Shown: piece by piece, positions 23,870 to 36,435 of the stretch
Layout: every line of letters begins with the position of its first letter
Position numbering within the stretch: position 1 is the stretch's first letter
Program-made: the position numbers and the translations under genes
Source: Oculina patagonica
Taxonomy: Eukaryota
Reading direction: 5' to 3'
NCBI RefSeq assembly: GCF_052425735.1
Contig: NC_135761.1
Span: 3,038,001-3,102,000 of the forward strand
DNA length: 64,000 bases
Notes under the pieces: model-generated
Seen by the model: the letters and a program-made list of their open reading frames with translations, nothing else
What the model was told of the DNA's origin: nothing
Database searches by the model: none

Positions 23870-25822
23870 TGAAAAAAGTTTTTGGTGTTGACTGAGATTT
23901 CCCCTTTTTCTTGTACAATTTGTTGGTGATGGGACAATGGGAGGAAGGTAAAATGTTTGTAAGAATAATTTAACAACATTGATTGCGAATAAACTGTGAA
24001 CAATAACTTTATTAATTCCAAGAAAGAATGACAATTGCTTGTCTTTGAATGTGTGTTATGTGTAACACACAAGTATGAAAGTAACGACACAGTTCAAAGT
24101 TCAAACTTAAGCTCAGCTGTGGCACTGTTCCTTTAAGGTTACAGACAACATTATTTTATATTTGAAACAGCAACATGTGAATTCCATAGAAAGCACTCTT
24201 AACTTGAAACAGCAATATATTGAAGTCTGAATTAATATTGCAGAATTTGCTTTCAACTAAAAATACTTACTGCCTGGATAATTACATTGTCACAGCAAGT
24301 TCCTGGTGTTGACATTTGCTGAATGTAGTCTTGCCAACTATTGTCAGAAACGCTCTCAACATAAGATTCTGGATGATTATTCAAGTGCCTAATACCAGCA
24401 GCACGAATTTGAAAATGCAACTCTGCAGTTCCATACAGTTGGTGTGAAACTGATCTAAAAAAAAACAGTCTCCACTCCCACCAACATCATAAGGCATTAA
24501 ATTTATTAATGAAAGTCTCTCATTAAGAGATACCCAAGGCAAATTACAACTGTCATTTGCAGGAAGCATACCTCCTTTTAAATTTGAAATTTGGAAAATA
24601 TGACCAAAAGCGCTATTGTGACTGAAGTCAGACTTTGTTTGAAGCATGTCAATTGATAACTCTTTCTGTTTACCAGTGCAATACTTGTATCTTTTTTTAA
24701 CTTTCTGTTTGTTTGTGAAAAAAACATATTTACTGTAAAAATGTTCAGAGTTACACAAAATAAACCATTTCTTGTAATTGCTACAAAAATTTCTAATAAG
24801 TGAGGAGCTTGGGAAATTATGTTTCAGTAATTTTTTAATTCTACTTCTGTATTTCTTTCTTCTAAGCAATTTAGTAACTACGAACAGAAATTCGAGATGG
24901 TTATCTGTCTCGTTTCCTGTTGCTTTTTGCTTTTTTCACAGCCTGAGATTTCTCAGCAGAACAACTCCTATCGCCATTCTTTCCAGCTACAACACGGACA
25001 TCTCTTTCATATCTCTTTATAAGCTTACTATCATAATTATTGTGGGTATCATTTATCGAAGTCTGGACAGAACTCTGTGCACGACGTGATTTGGTCACGT
25101 TATACAAAAGAATGCTTCCGGTGCCGCATTTACTCGACTGAACAATGGTTCGGTTGTATTCGATCGCTTCATATGACTGAACAATGGTTCGGTTGTATTC
25201 GATCGCTTCATCTGCTCTGATGTCGTCTACACCGTGCAAATGTTTAACGCAAATGCGAGCCTCATCACTCGATAACGCCGTGTTCTGATCACAAGTAATG
25301 ATCAAGTGGCTTAACAGCCGCCGAGCTACATAACTCGGAAAGTTTGTTATTTGATCACAAGCCGTGATCAAGTGGCACAATGGCCGCTGAGCTATACAAC
25401 TCAAAACATTTGCTATTTGACCACAAGCAACGGTCAGTTTTGGTCGCAGTTCAGTGACCAAAGACGACAGAAGAGGCGATTCTTGTACGAGAACGAAAGT
25501 AAACAGTTTTACTAAGTACACAATCTAGCGACCAAACGAAATGTTCTAGCGAATTCGTGAAGCACGTGTGCAGAACAGCGACCAAAGACGACAAAAGGGA
25601 CGATTCAATGCGAAAACGAGACTAAAATATCGTCGCACCAGTTTCCCGGCCGAGACTTGCCCCTGCAAAAATCAATCGGGGCGGCCAATTTGGAGTCCAT
25701 ACACCTGCGCGCGCATTACGACTCGATTCATTCCGCATAACAGTGCACAGGCCTACCAACTCAAAAGACAGAGGACGCAAAACAGAATTAGGCTTGCGCT
25801 CTCCTTCGTCGAACACAATAAG
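23870..25822 (-). mobile_element. Degenerate Helentron/Helitron-like fragment with OTU-protease pseudogene
   Basis: Minus strand reads DVGGSGDCFF, then a frameshift in a T-run, then RSVSHQLYGTAELHFQIRAAGIRHLNNHPESYVES...YIQQMSTPGT.CDNVIIQAV, an OTU catalytic core. OTU domains are known in animal Helitron/Helentron ORFs. No Rep or helicase is visible. Confidence 0.6.
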
Positions 25823-25825
25823 GTA

Positions 25826-26340
25826 CCTTATTATAGGAAATTAACGATACATGTCATGTACCTTAATTTACGTCATTGTTGATTAAAATCACACTTTTTT
25901 ACAGCATTAGTATTTTAAGACACATTTATTTCCAGCAAAGTTATGTTTAAACGTCATCTACTTATCCGTGAAAGCTACAGGAATAACAGAGGCAGTGGAA
26001 AGTGCCAGGACGGGGTGTATTCCATCCCTGAACCCATTGATTGAAAACTAATCGCTATTTAGTCTGTATAAATAACTTTGTAGTGTATATGGTTTATCAA
26101 AATTAAACCTCAAGTTCTTTTGTTGGTCGTTGTTGTTTCTTCTTTTGACTAGCGCAGGTTGCTATAAAAATTACTACACATCAAATTCGCGTTAATTAAC
26201 TGCATCTAAGCACACACCACTTGAGAATTCGCGTTAATTACATGTATGCGAACATGAAATTTCGACAATTCGCGTTAATTTTATTACGCGTACATTTTTT
26301 TCGCGTTGTTAAAATGTTTCGTTATATTCCTATAATAAGG
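25826..26340. mobile_element. TA-flanked MITE, same family as 22001
   Basis: Perfect TIR ccttattataggaa/ttcctataataagg. Confidence 0.75.
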
Positions 26341-27406
26341 TAGCTTGCCTCGCCTCAGTTGGCTCTCAATTTTTCCCGGCTGATCAAATATTAATATATC
26401 GAGCTTAGATTACCTTTGTTTAAAACCGAAAAATCCTTTTCTGACAAAAACTCTGCGTTCTGTTTATATTTTACTGGGATCGTGCAAGAAACCTTTGGAA
26501 GTAAATTAATCCGTTTTTTGGACAGCTGAGCTTGTTCTCCGGTGTGGATTTTTTTTCATTTAGTTGTTTTGTTTTTCACCTGTTCTGAGTTTATGTGAAA
26601 TTACCAGCCTTTTGCTGAATAGCGTTAGGAAGTTCTTTTATTTTCTTGGTCTGTTGAGCAGAAGTTGCGAAAATGAACGAAACAAAACTCAACACTTCTA
26701 GCGATCCCAATACATGTTTTAAAATCGCATGATTGGTGGAATACGAAACAAGCCCGCAACGGACGTTAAGCTTTCCCACATCCAATTACCACCTATGTTC
26801 TAGCTTTTTTAAAAGAATAACAGTAGAATCCCGGTAATTCGAACTCGGATAACTCGAAGACCCCGCTAACTTGTGCAAAAAAAAAAAAAGCGTTCGAAAT
26901 CAATAAATCCGTTTTTTGGCTAGTTGAATAAAAAACTTTGTTCCCCAGTGTGAAATTTTTATTTCGCTGTTCTTTTTAATTTCGCTTCCCAACCCGTTGA
27001 TGTAAAAACTGACGTATAATGCCTTGAACTAACCTGGTAAACCCCCCAGGAGGGATTTCAAGTGACGGAGATGGTCAAATGGGGGCAAAAATCAAGACCC
27101 CCAAAACACATCCTTCCAACTTCCAACTTAACCCCTCAAAAATCTACAGGAAAACACGTTTGTTTGTACTATATTCGCAGGACTACGCAGCTAAGGCACT
27201 ACCACGAATCTTTAGATTGTTTTTAATACCCCAAAACATCCCTACCTAAATAAAAAAATCCCGGAATCGAAAATTTCAAACCCCAAAAATCCTTTGATCA
27301 TATCATTCCCGTCACTTGAAATCCCGAGTAGCCCCCCGGGAGGGGGTAAAACCACCCGCCCAAGACTCAAGAAAAGAACGGCATGAGTTTTTATCGAATT
27401 TCCTGA

Positions 27407-28993
27407 GGGATGGACCATTAGAAAAGTGATGGGGGGGGGGGGGGAGGGGAATTTTCAGCTTGCACGATTTTTTTTTACGCCCATTGCTTGTGCAGGAATT
27501 TTTTTTTCGGGTGTAACCCTCTGCTCGAATTTTTTTTAGGCAATTTTTTTAGACAAATGCCATGCATTCTTACTTTATACCATGTTTTTGACAAATGTTG
27601 CTATGTTGATTCCCCAAAAATGTTGTCATTCTTCGATGTAATCCTATTGGGACTGGGGGTGCCCTGGAGCAATTTGAAAGGTGGCAGCTAGAGTAAGCCC
27701 ACCAAAACCGATGTTATGATCTCAAGCCATGTAGGTGGGTCCGGGGGCATGCTCCCCCGGGAAATTTTTATATTTTGGCCTTCTGAAATCGCTAGAAATA
27801 CATCTAAAACCATGACTGCTCACGTCAAGAAATTCATCAATTTATACTGATGAATACCACTGGGGATTTTCTTGTAACTATATCAGTTTAAAGTCACTGA
27901 GATGACCCACTCCCTATGTGCATATAAAATCTACATAACCCTCCTTCTACTCTGGCCTATCCCCACCCCCTCTACTTATTGACCAGTCTCTTAAAGACCA
28001 TTTTTGTTCATTATATTTTTTTAAAAAAATATTAAGAATTGCTAAAATCAAATGGCTAGTAATGTTATTTTATATCATGTTATACTGATTGTTTTTTTCA
28101 CCTTATACGCTTGTCAACAGCAGTTTATATCGTATGGCTTACAAATGTCGATGTAAAAGTTTTTATACAATAGCCAAAAGGCAAGACTTGAAAGTGAATT
28201 TTCTATAGCCATCTGCATATGGGAAGAAAAGTTTTGCTTGTCGAGAGGCCAGGCTGAATGCAATTTGCTATGAAACTAGAAGTGGAGCGCTGGAGGCGCT
28301 AGTCTGTAGGAGGGTCTGGGGGCATGCTCCCCCAGAAAATTTAAAAATTGCTATTTTTAGCATTCTCCCGGATATATTTCGCCGGAAACTTGTTCTTGTC
28401 AAATGTAAAAAGACAGGTGTTTTTATTGCTTAATTTTCAAAGTTGGGTCGCAAAGCACGTTGTGGCCCAACGAATAAACCACAAAACGCTTTATGGATTA
28501 ACAGATATGCTGGAAAGCGTTTAATAACAAAATCATTTTTCTTCAAAACTAATTGACCTATTGGCTCGTGATTATTGGGTTTATTACCAGTCACGAGTAC
28601 AAAACAAAATACCAAGTTGTACTAGGGTAAAATCAGGCCACGACACGTTTGCTTGTCGTTTTTGTTGCTTACATAAAATGTGGGGTTGGTTTGTTAGTGT
28701 GATGATGTTCATACATATAACAAGCTCCCCCGAAAAATTTTAAATTTTTAGAGCATTAAAAACGCTATTTTAGGGAATTCTGGAGGACATTTTCTGTCAT
28801 TACAACACTGAATGGTGTTTTTTATAATAATTCCTTGACATTTTACCTAAAAGGTTAAATCTCCTTCTGCAAGATTTTTTTTCAGTCTCGGCTTGCAAGA
28901 ATTTTTTTTTTTGGGCATTTTGGCTTGCATGAATTTTTTTTTGGTTTTTTCCCCACCCCCCCCCCCCCTATCACTTTTCTATTGGTCCGTCCC
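27407..28993. mobile_element. 1.6-kb non-autonomous DNA element with 3-bp TGA TSD (PIF/Harbinger-like)
   Basis: tga|gggatggaccattagaaaagtgat...atcacttttctattggtccgtccc|tga. Confidence 0.7.
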
Positions 28994-29390
28994 TGATAAA
29001 ATGGGATTCGAGGGACCAGAAATGCCTAGAAAAGATTAGCGTCCGTCTTAATTCTTTCATATAAATCCTTTCAGCCTTTTTAATACTTAGGAGTCAGCCC
29101 AAATAAATATACTGTACACTGTAAAGGCACCGAAATTTATCACGTGGGCTCGTGGTTGGTAAATTCACTCGGACTGTCCTGGGAACGAAGGTGTCATTCC
29201 TAATTTGGAAAACACTTTGAATTTCTACCAATCAAATGTCCGCATCAAGCTAACGAACGAAATTCGAAGTTGCTTATCTGGCGTTTTAATTTTCGAAGTA
29301 CGCCATGTTTTTGTAGAAGGTTACAGTCTCAGAGAATTAGAAGTGAATTCAGTTTTCTTGGTAAAGGAAAGCTTTGGATCAGTAGAAAGG

Positions 29391-32300
29391 ATGGTAAGTT
29401 TTTTAAGATTTTCAGTAATTTATAGTGCATGTGAGCGATAAACGAAGGAAAATCAAATGATACGATCTCGATTTCATCTAGTAAACCGCTTCGTGGACAA
29501 TTTCAAGGAAAACTTGTACTCGTTCACCTTATTTTTTAACTTTAATCTTCCAATCTTTTCATTTCCTATTTCAGAAGCGAAATAAAGTTTCTTTGGATAA
29601 TACTAATAGAAGAACAAGCTTAATTTAATGTGAAATATGGCTGTATGAAACGTTGAACGCGGCCGCCATTAGAATTCGAACACGTTTTTGTCCGATTGTA
29701 CTAAACAGTAAAGCTGAAAGGCACGATTACATTTACAGGCTAAATTTGATGAAATTGTTAATATTTTATTGTAACCAGGATATTCCTAAAGCTTACGGAG
29801 TCAACAGCAATGCGAATCCACAAAGAGTTGCCCTGAAAGAAACACAAGACTTGAAAGTAAGACTTCAGGAATGTCTTCAACTATCGGGTACGAACAACTA
29901 CGCTAATCGTCAACATGCACAAGGACACAATATTATGGCTAACGGTCCACAAAAGCCTACTTCTGCGACTCAATTGTACCCCAAGAAGGACTTGCAAGGT
30001 AGCATACCAGGCGGAAAACATGAACACTGTTCTGGGCAGAGACAAAATTTTATGTCAGCTCAACGAACGGATAACCACTCGTCGGTAGAACCAAAGGGTG
30101 AGAATAAAGAAAACAAAGAAAATAAAGAGAAGGGCAAATCGAAGGACGCTAGGTAAGTCACTCGGCATTCATTTTTAACGCATCGTTCCTCTGCTTTTGT
30201 TGTTTGATTATATTTTTCATATTCTGTGCATCACTTGAAATATAAAATTACTTTTAATTAATAGAACATGTTGGTCACTGGATGACTTTGATATTGGCAA
30301 ACCTCTTGGAAAAGGTTAGTTTCAAGTTTTTGTCTTACAAATGTTCATTTATCAGATAGCTAAGATACCTCAAGTCAGAATTAGTGTCCACTTTTAGGTC
30401 AACCGCCCACAAGGGAAACTAGCTGAGCTATTCGCCTCACGTGCCCGTTTCCTCAGCCATTTACTCACTGCACATTTCACCGCAGACATTGAGGCAAGTG
30501 CTTAGCAAGTTTTTTTTTTTGGAAGCCGCCATGTTGAATCACATGAGCATTCTGCGTGTGTTTATTGGTCAGTTGATATTTCTGGCTGAGCAAGTTGCTC
30601 ACGTCGCCCGCACATGTTGAGATACACGATAGATATTTTCCTCAAGGCCTCGAGAGGTAAAATGCTCACAAAAAATGTCTGCACACAAGAGAAATCTGCT
30701 GAGCAAACGGGCACGTGAAGCCTGCCGCACACTAGAGCAACTAGCTGAGCTAACCGCCTCGCGTGCCCGTTTGCTCAGCAGATTTCTCTCGTGTGCGGAC
30801 ATTTTTCGTGAGAATTTTGCCTCGCGAGGCCTTGAGGAAAATATCTATCGTGTTTGATATTTTTTGCCTCCAGAGGCAAAATCCTCAACGTGTGCGGGCG
30901 ACATGAGAAACTTGCTCAGCCAGATATATCAACTGACCAATAAACACATGCAGAATGCTCACGTGATTCAACATGGGGGTGACGGCTTCCGAATCAAACT
31001 TGCTAAGCACTTTCCTTACTGTCTGCGGTGAAATGTGCAGTTAATAAATGGCTGAGCAAACGGGCACGTGAGTCGAATAGCTCAGCTGGTTGCTCTAGTG
31101 TGCGGCAGGCTTGAGGCGGTCAGCTCAGCTAGATGCTCTAGCGTGCGGCCCGCTTTGGGAGGTTAAAACTGTGTTGTTTGAGGTGTGTTTGGCTGGAACC
31201 ATTGCTGAATGTCCAATCAGGAAAAGTGGACACTTACTTGGCCCATATATATATTGACCTCAACCACATACACTGTACACAGTGTAAACACTCTTGGAAA
31301 AATTATTTGCAGGGAGCCCAAAGGCTCTTATGTAAGAAATCATGGGTGCCCAGCTTTTAGAAGCTTTTATGAGAGCAAAGTTATACAAGTTGCCCAGGGG
31401 TCCAGGGGTACCTGCCTACAGGAGGTTCGATGATGAAATCAGCCCAACACTAGAGGTGAAAATCTGTGCAGCAGTCACCCATTTTTTTGCGAATAGGTCA
31501 GCTTGTGTGTTGGAGTCCTGTCTATCAGATTGCCATTCACACATGCCGATTTGCTTCTCAATTTGTTGCGGCTTACATGTCCAATCATGTAAATTGGCCT
31601 TTGGACTGATTTTGTTATTGTGATGTCATGTTTTATGTAGGAAAGTTTGGAAATGTTTACCTTGCAAGAGAAAAGAAGAGCAAATACATTGTGGCCCTAA
31701 AGGTATGACAAAAAACACAACTGACACTGACTGACAAAACTGACAAAACTTTGTGACATAACACTGACAAAACTTTTAAGTGCAAAATTAAAACATGATC
31801 AACCAACTTCTCCTCAACGCTCACATAGTTATACAATTGATACTAGTTGGGAGAATTTGGTTCTGTTTAAACTGACTAGCTGCAGTGGTTGGTATGCTTA
31901 GTGCACTGGACCCTATACCTGGGTACTGAACCAATGCAAATGATTATTTTGATTTCCGTTTGGTCATGAACTGAATCAGACCAGTCTAAGATGTACCAGT
32001 TGACAACTCTATACTCAGGTCTCATGTATTCACACTTTGTTCATAACCCCAGAAGTTTCAAGCAATCATTATATTTTTTTATACAGTCCACCCTTTCCAT
32101 TCCTCTAGAATCTGGCAGGGTGTTTGTGTTCAGATAAAGTTCTTTAGTCCCCATTAAAATTTTTGTCAATATACAGTGCTCATGAAAGGGCCCATTTAGC
32201 AGGTGTTCAGTTGAAGATATAATTCATATGCAACTGTCCAGTGCACAATGTACATGTATATAGTATGCATTCCTGCCTCGTCCCCAGGCGTCCTCGTCCT

Positions 32301-35300
32301 TGGTCGTGCACGGTTCGCTTGGTGTTGTGGGACTGACGTGCACGGTTCGCTTGGCGTTCTGGGCCTGATGCGGACAGGGAAGCGGACGCCTGGCAGATCC
32401 TGTTCAGTTTCTTGGCAAAAATGTTCGGTTTCTCGTCAAAAGGCGTTTTAGCGCTTTTAACAAGTTTAACGGTCAAGAAATTAACACTGGGAGCTACGTG
32501 GAAGTTAGTACTGTCAACATGGGGATTTTGACGGCCTTTCGGATCGTTTTCGTTGCTCTATCGAGCCGATTCTTTTCAGCGTTCACTGAGGCTGGTTTCA
32601 GCAAAGCGGGGGTCCCCTTGCTTTAATCTAATGTTGGCGGGAAATCTAGCTCAAAATCAGCGATTTATCCGGAGAAATGGTATGAAATCTGAGCAGAAGA
32701 TTGAACAGAGAAAATCCCACTTTGATTGCGAGAAGATCGTCAATGGCGGAGGGTAAAGAATCTCTGCCGCCGTTAGAAAATTAAATTTCTTTATAAGCTT
32801 CGAACTGAGGGTAAGTTTCGCTTCAATCAATGCCAGAGCTGGTTTGTTTCGTTTCTGAGCAGTGCTTAGCTTCCTTACATTTCGGTATACTTTTATTTGT
32901 ACTTCTTGGCCGTTAAACTTCAGCTATAAAGTCTATAAGCAGCGCTCCAGAGAGAGCCGTTCAAGTGCTAACAAGTGTTTTATCAAATTAATGTTGTCCA
33001 ACGTAGGAGATCTTATGAGAACATGACACATAAACACTTATAATGTGTGCTGATATTTTATTCTAGCTAGGTTAACCTCATAATTTACCTTTCTTGACAG
33101 AAAGTACAATTATTGAAATTTCAACTTTGCGTAGTTCTGTTTATTTCAGCACTTAATGTGTTAGTGACTAGAGGAGGCAGATCCTACTCAAAATTTCTTT
33201 TTACTGATTCAAGTGTTAATATCGAAATTACTCTCCGCTGATTAATTTGTGTGTTTCTCGTCACTGTACTGCTTGATAATGCATTGATACTGTAAGGAGA
33301 AATAAGGTTTTGGTCACTCTTTTGGAGGATTTAAGCAGGATAAGACTTTGACAAACTTGTAACAAAAAAAAAAATATAGTTTTTTCTAGTTGTAGTGTCA
33401 CAGGGAGTGTTTTTTAGTAGGTGTTTTTAGAGAATGTGTGGCAAAACTTTATTCCTAAGGGTAACAAAACACTGGACTATGACAGACAGCAAAACTTAAA
33501 TCATTTTTGTCGGCCCAAGAGTTTATGGCTGAGATAGGAAAATAAATTGAGATGCCAGGCAATTTTACATCAAAGGGTTTGTTACTGACTCTTAAATGCA
33601 TTTCATGTGAACATGGCAACTCCTGGCTAACCATATTCAATTTGATTAAAATAAATAAACAGGCAAACCTGTAGTTGCCACTTTTTCCCCAGTCTGCTAA
33701 TAGCCCACTGCCTCTAGCAGTCTTGGAAAACGAAAACAATTAAAACACTTTAAATGTTGAATGTATGCTTTGCCTACCCTGCTGCTTTATACCCATGACA
33801 ACAGCTGTTGTAAGAGAAAAAGATACCTTTTTACATTTTTAAAAATATTTTTAGTAGTACTGATTTTGCAAAACCATTCAGACATTTCCCTTCAATTTGC
33901 AAAAGTTATCTAGCCAGGAGGGTTTTACCTGCATGGCCTTAACCTACTGTGAATTTAAATAAGTTGTGCATGAGATAATCTGAGGATTACTGTTTGTACG
34001 ACAATTTCCTTGGTGGTGCCCTTCATCTGATTATGATCTAGACATAATAGTTAGCCTTCTCCTGAAAATTAACTTGATTGATTTTCTAAAGTGATTTACT
34101 ACCCTCTTCAACCCTCCATGTACAGTTCACCCCAGCTCCTTTTGTAATTAGTTAATATCAAGTCAGTGGGAGCATAACAAAGGCCTTTAGACACCAAATT
34201 TGCAAGCACAAAGTAAACATTTCTTTTCAGTGGCTAAAAAAGTAAAGAATTTTACAAATACATGTACTATTTTAAATTTGTAAAGAATTACAGGAGAGTG
34301 ATAAAAAATTAAGAGGGGTTTGTTACTAGAGTTATTTAGAATAGAATGATGGTGGGCCTTGGATGTCCAAAGATGCTAGCCTTGCATATTAATACATAAA
34401 TATTTATGAGAAAAATTATCTTTCCATTTTTACAAAGCAAGATTTCAAGATGATCTTAAATCATATACCGCACATGAACCATTCTAAAAACTTCATGAAA
34501 ACAGTGTCATATTCATCAGAAATGCTCTCTGCACCTGCCCCCAAATTAAAAGCCTGCATGGCATGGCATAGGGTACATTCCAAACAATTTAGTTGCCTCA
34601 GTTGCATTCACAGCATAAATGGCAGACTCACTGCCACAATGCTTAACAAAAAAAATGTGTATTTATCCTTAATAAATTGTGGTTTAATGGGAAAAAAAGT
34701 CACCTACTGGCAATCAATAAAAAAAATTGCATTGAAAAAAATTACAGTTATGATATCAAACATTTTTAATGTAATTTTTATTTTCAATTAATAAAACAAC
34801 TATCAAAGGTTGTGCTTGATTACTGATAAGCAGATAATTAACATTTTATTGAAGTAAACCAGAGATAGTAGAAATGACATCCCAAAGACAGATGAATTGT
34901 TATTTGTATCGATGGATTCATGCTGTTGTTGCATTATCTTTGTCGCGTCTGGCTTAAATGAGCGTCCATGGAATAACTAAAAGGCAACTAACTCTCGGGC
35001 TCTACGAAAAAAATTCTACACAAAACAATAATGGAAAGGATAACTAATTTTCTTGTCATTTACACTCGGATTTACAAGACAACTTCGATAAACGGAAATA
35101 AGTACCTGTCTCTCTTGGAGTTCGGAAAATGTCATTAGACATTTCAACGTCTCTTTGCCGTAAAGGATTTAAAGCTTTTTTAACTTCACAGAGTGCCTCG
35201 TATTCTCCTCCTGGCTCTTCTCAAGCTGAGCTGGGACATGAAGCGTGCGAAAATGGTGGTGAAGTCCGTCGTCTTAGTAAGAATATTTTTCATAAAAGAT

Positions 35301-36379
35301 TGTCCAAGGCGCTCTGTGCTGTAAAAATGCTAAATAGACGGCTCTTTTGCTGTTTTTAATACACATTTCAGGGTTGATGACATTTTGGTCCGCCATATTG
35401 AATGCAAGATCTGCCAGGCGCTCCGCGGCTCGCTCCCTAACCATCAAACCCCGCGCTCCCTGTTTTCCCGCCTTACCGCCTCAACGTCCGGCCAATTGGC
35501 GCCTGGGGACGAGGCAGGTATGCATTCTATTCTGATTACAAAATCTCTTCATAACACCATCTTTTAAATTTAACTCCTTTGATTTTCAGGTTTTGTTCAA
35601 ATCACAGCTTGAGAAAAATAATGTGGAACATCAGCTAAGAAGAGAAATTGAAATTCAATCTCATCTCAGGTAAATATTGAATTATAAATACAGAGGACAC
35701 CTTTGATCTCACTTGCATAAAAAAAAAACACTCTCATACTTTTGTTGCATTGTAAATGGCATTAGGGGAATCTTTCTGTCCAGAACACCCAGTGGGTCCT
35801 TGGTCAGAATCACACTCTATTCATCCTTTCTGCTTTCCACTAATTAATATATCTACCCAAGAAATCTTATAAATAAGCTTGCTCTGGGCCATACTGGGAC
35901 TCGATATTGGTCCTCTGTTTATGGACCTTAATATTCTCCCATTTATAAGACTTACATCATGCACATTTCATCTCTAATTATAAGACTTGGTTATTTTCTC
36001 CATGTTTATAGTCATTTCATCAGTCTATCTTGTTTCAATTAATCAGTCTATAGATCTAAGTTTTAATTAACAATAATATTTTTTTCAGGCTATTAATTTC
36101 ATAAATTTTACCTTATAGGCATCCCCACATTCTGCGACTTTTTGGATATTTCTATGATAAAACCAGAGTATATCTTATTTTGGAGTATGCTCCAAAAGGT
36201 GAACTGTATAAAGAGTTGAGCAGAGTCGAGAGATTTGACGAGAAAACTTCATCAAATGTAAGTGCTTCTAATTTTTTAGTTACAATTAGTCTGTTGCAGC
36301 TGACGACGGACAAGAATCCCAGAATCCCTTGTAGGGACAGTGTGATTCATTTTTATACCTGAACTAATAATGAGTTTTG

Positions 36380-36435
<56 letters not shown>

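Larger units (their letters stand above)
19660..26970. repeat. Local array of ~5 diverged copies of the GPCR upstream non-coding module
   Basis: The module ...gagcttatg..aaattacca...ttttcttggtctg...aaacaagcctgcaacgg...tttccca recurs at ~19680, 20995, 21650, 23010 and 26570. Confidence 0.85.

Noticed and set aside
30599-30857. Paired ORFs MSAH(E/K)[11 protein letters not shown] on both strands (likewise 49677+/50492-)
   Set aside because: They are artefacts of palindromic elements.
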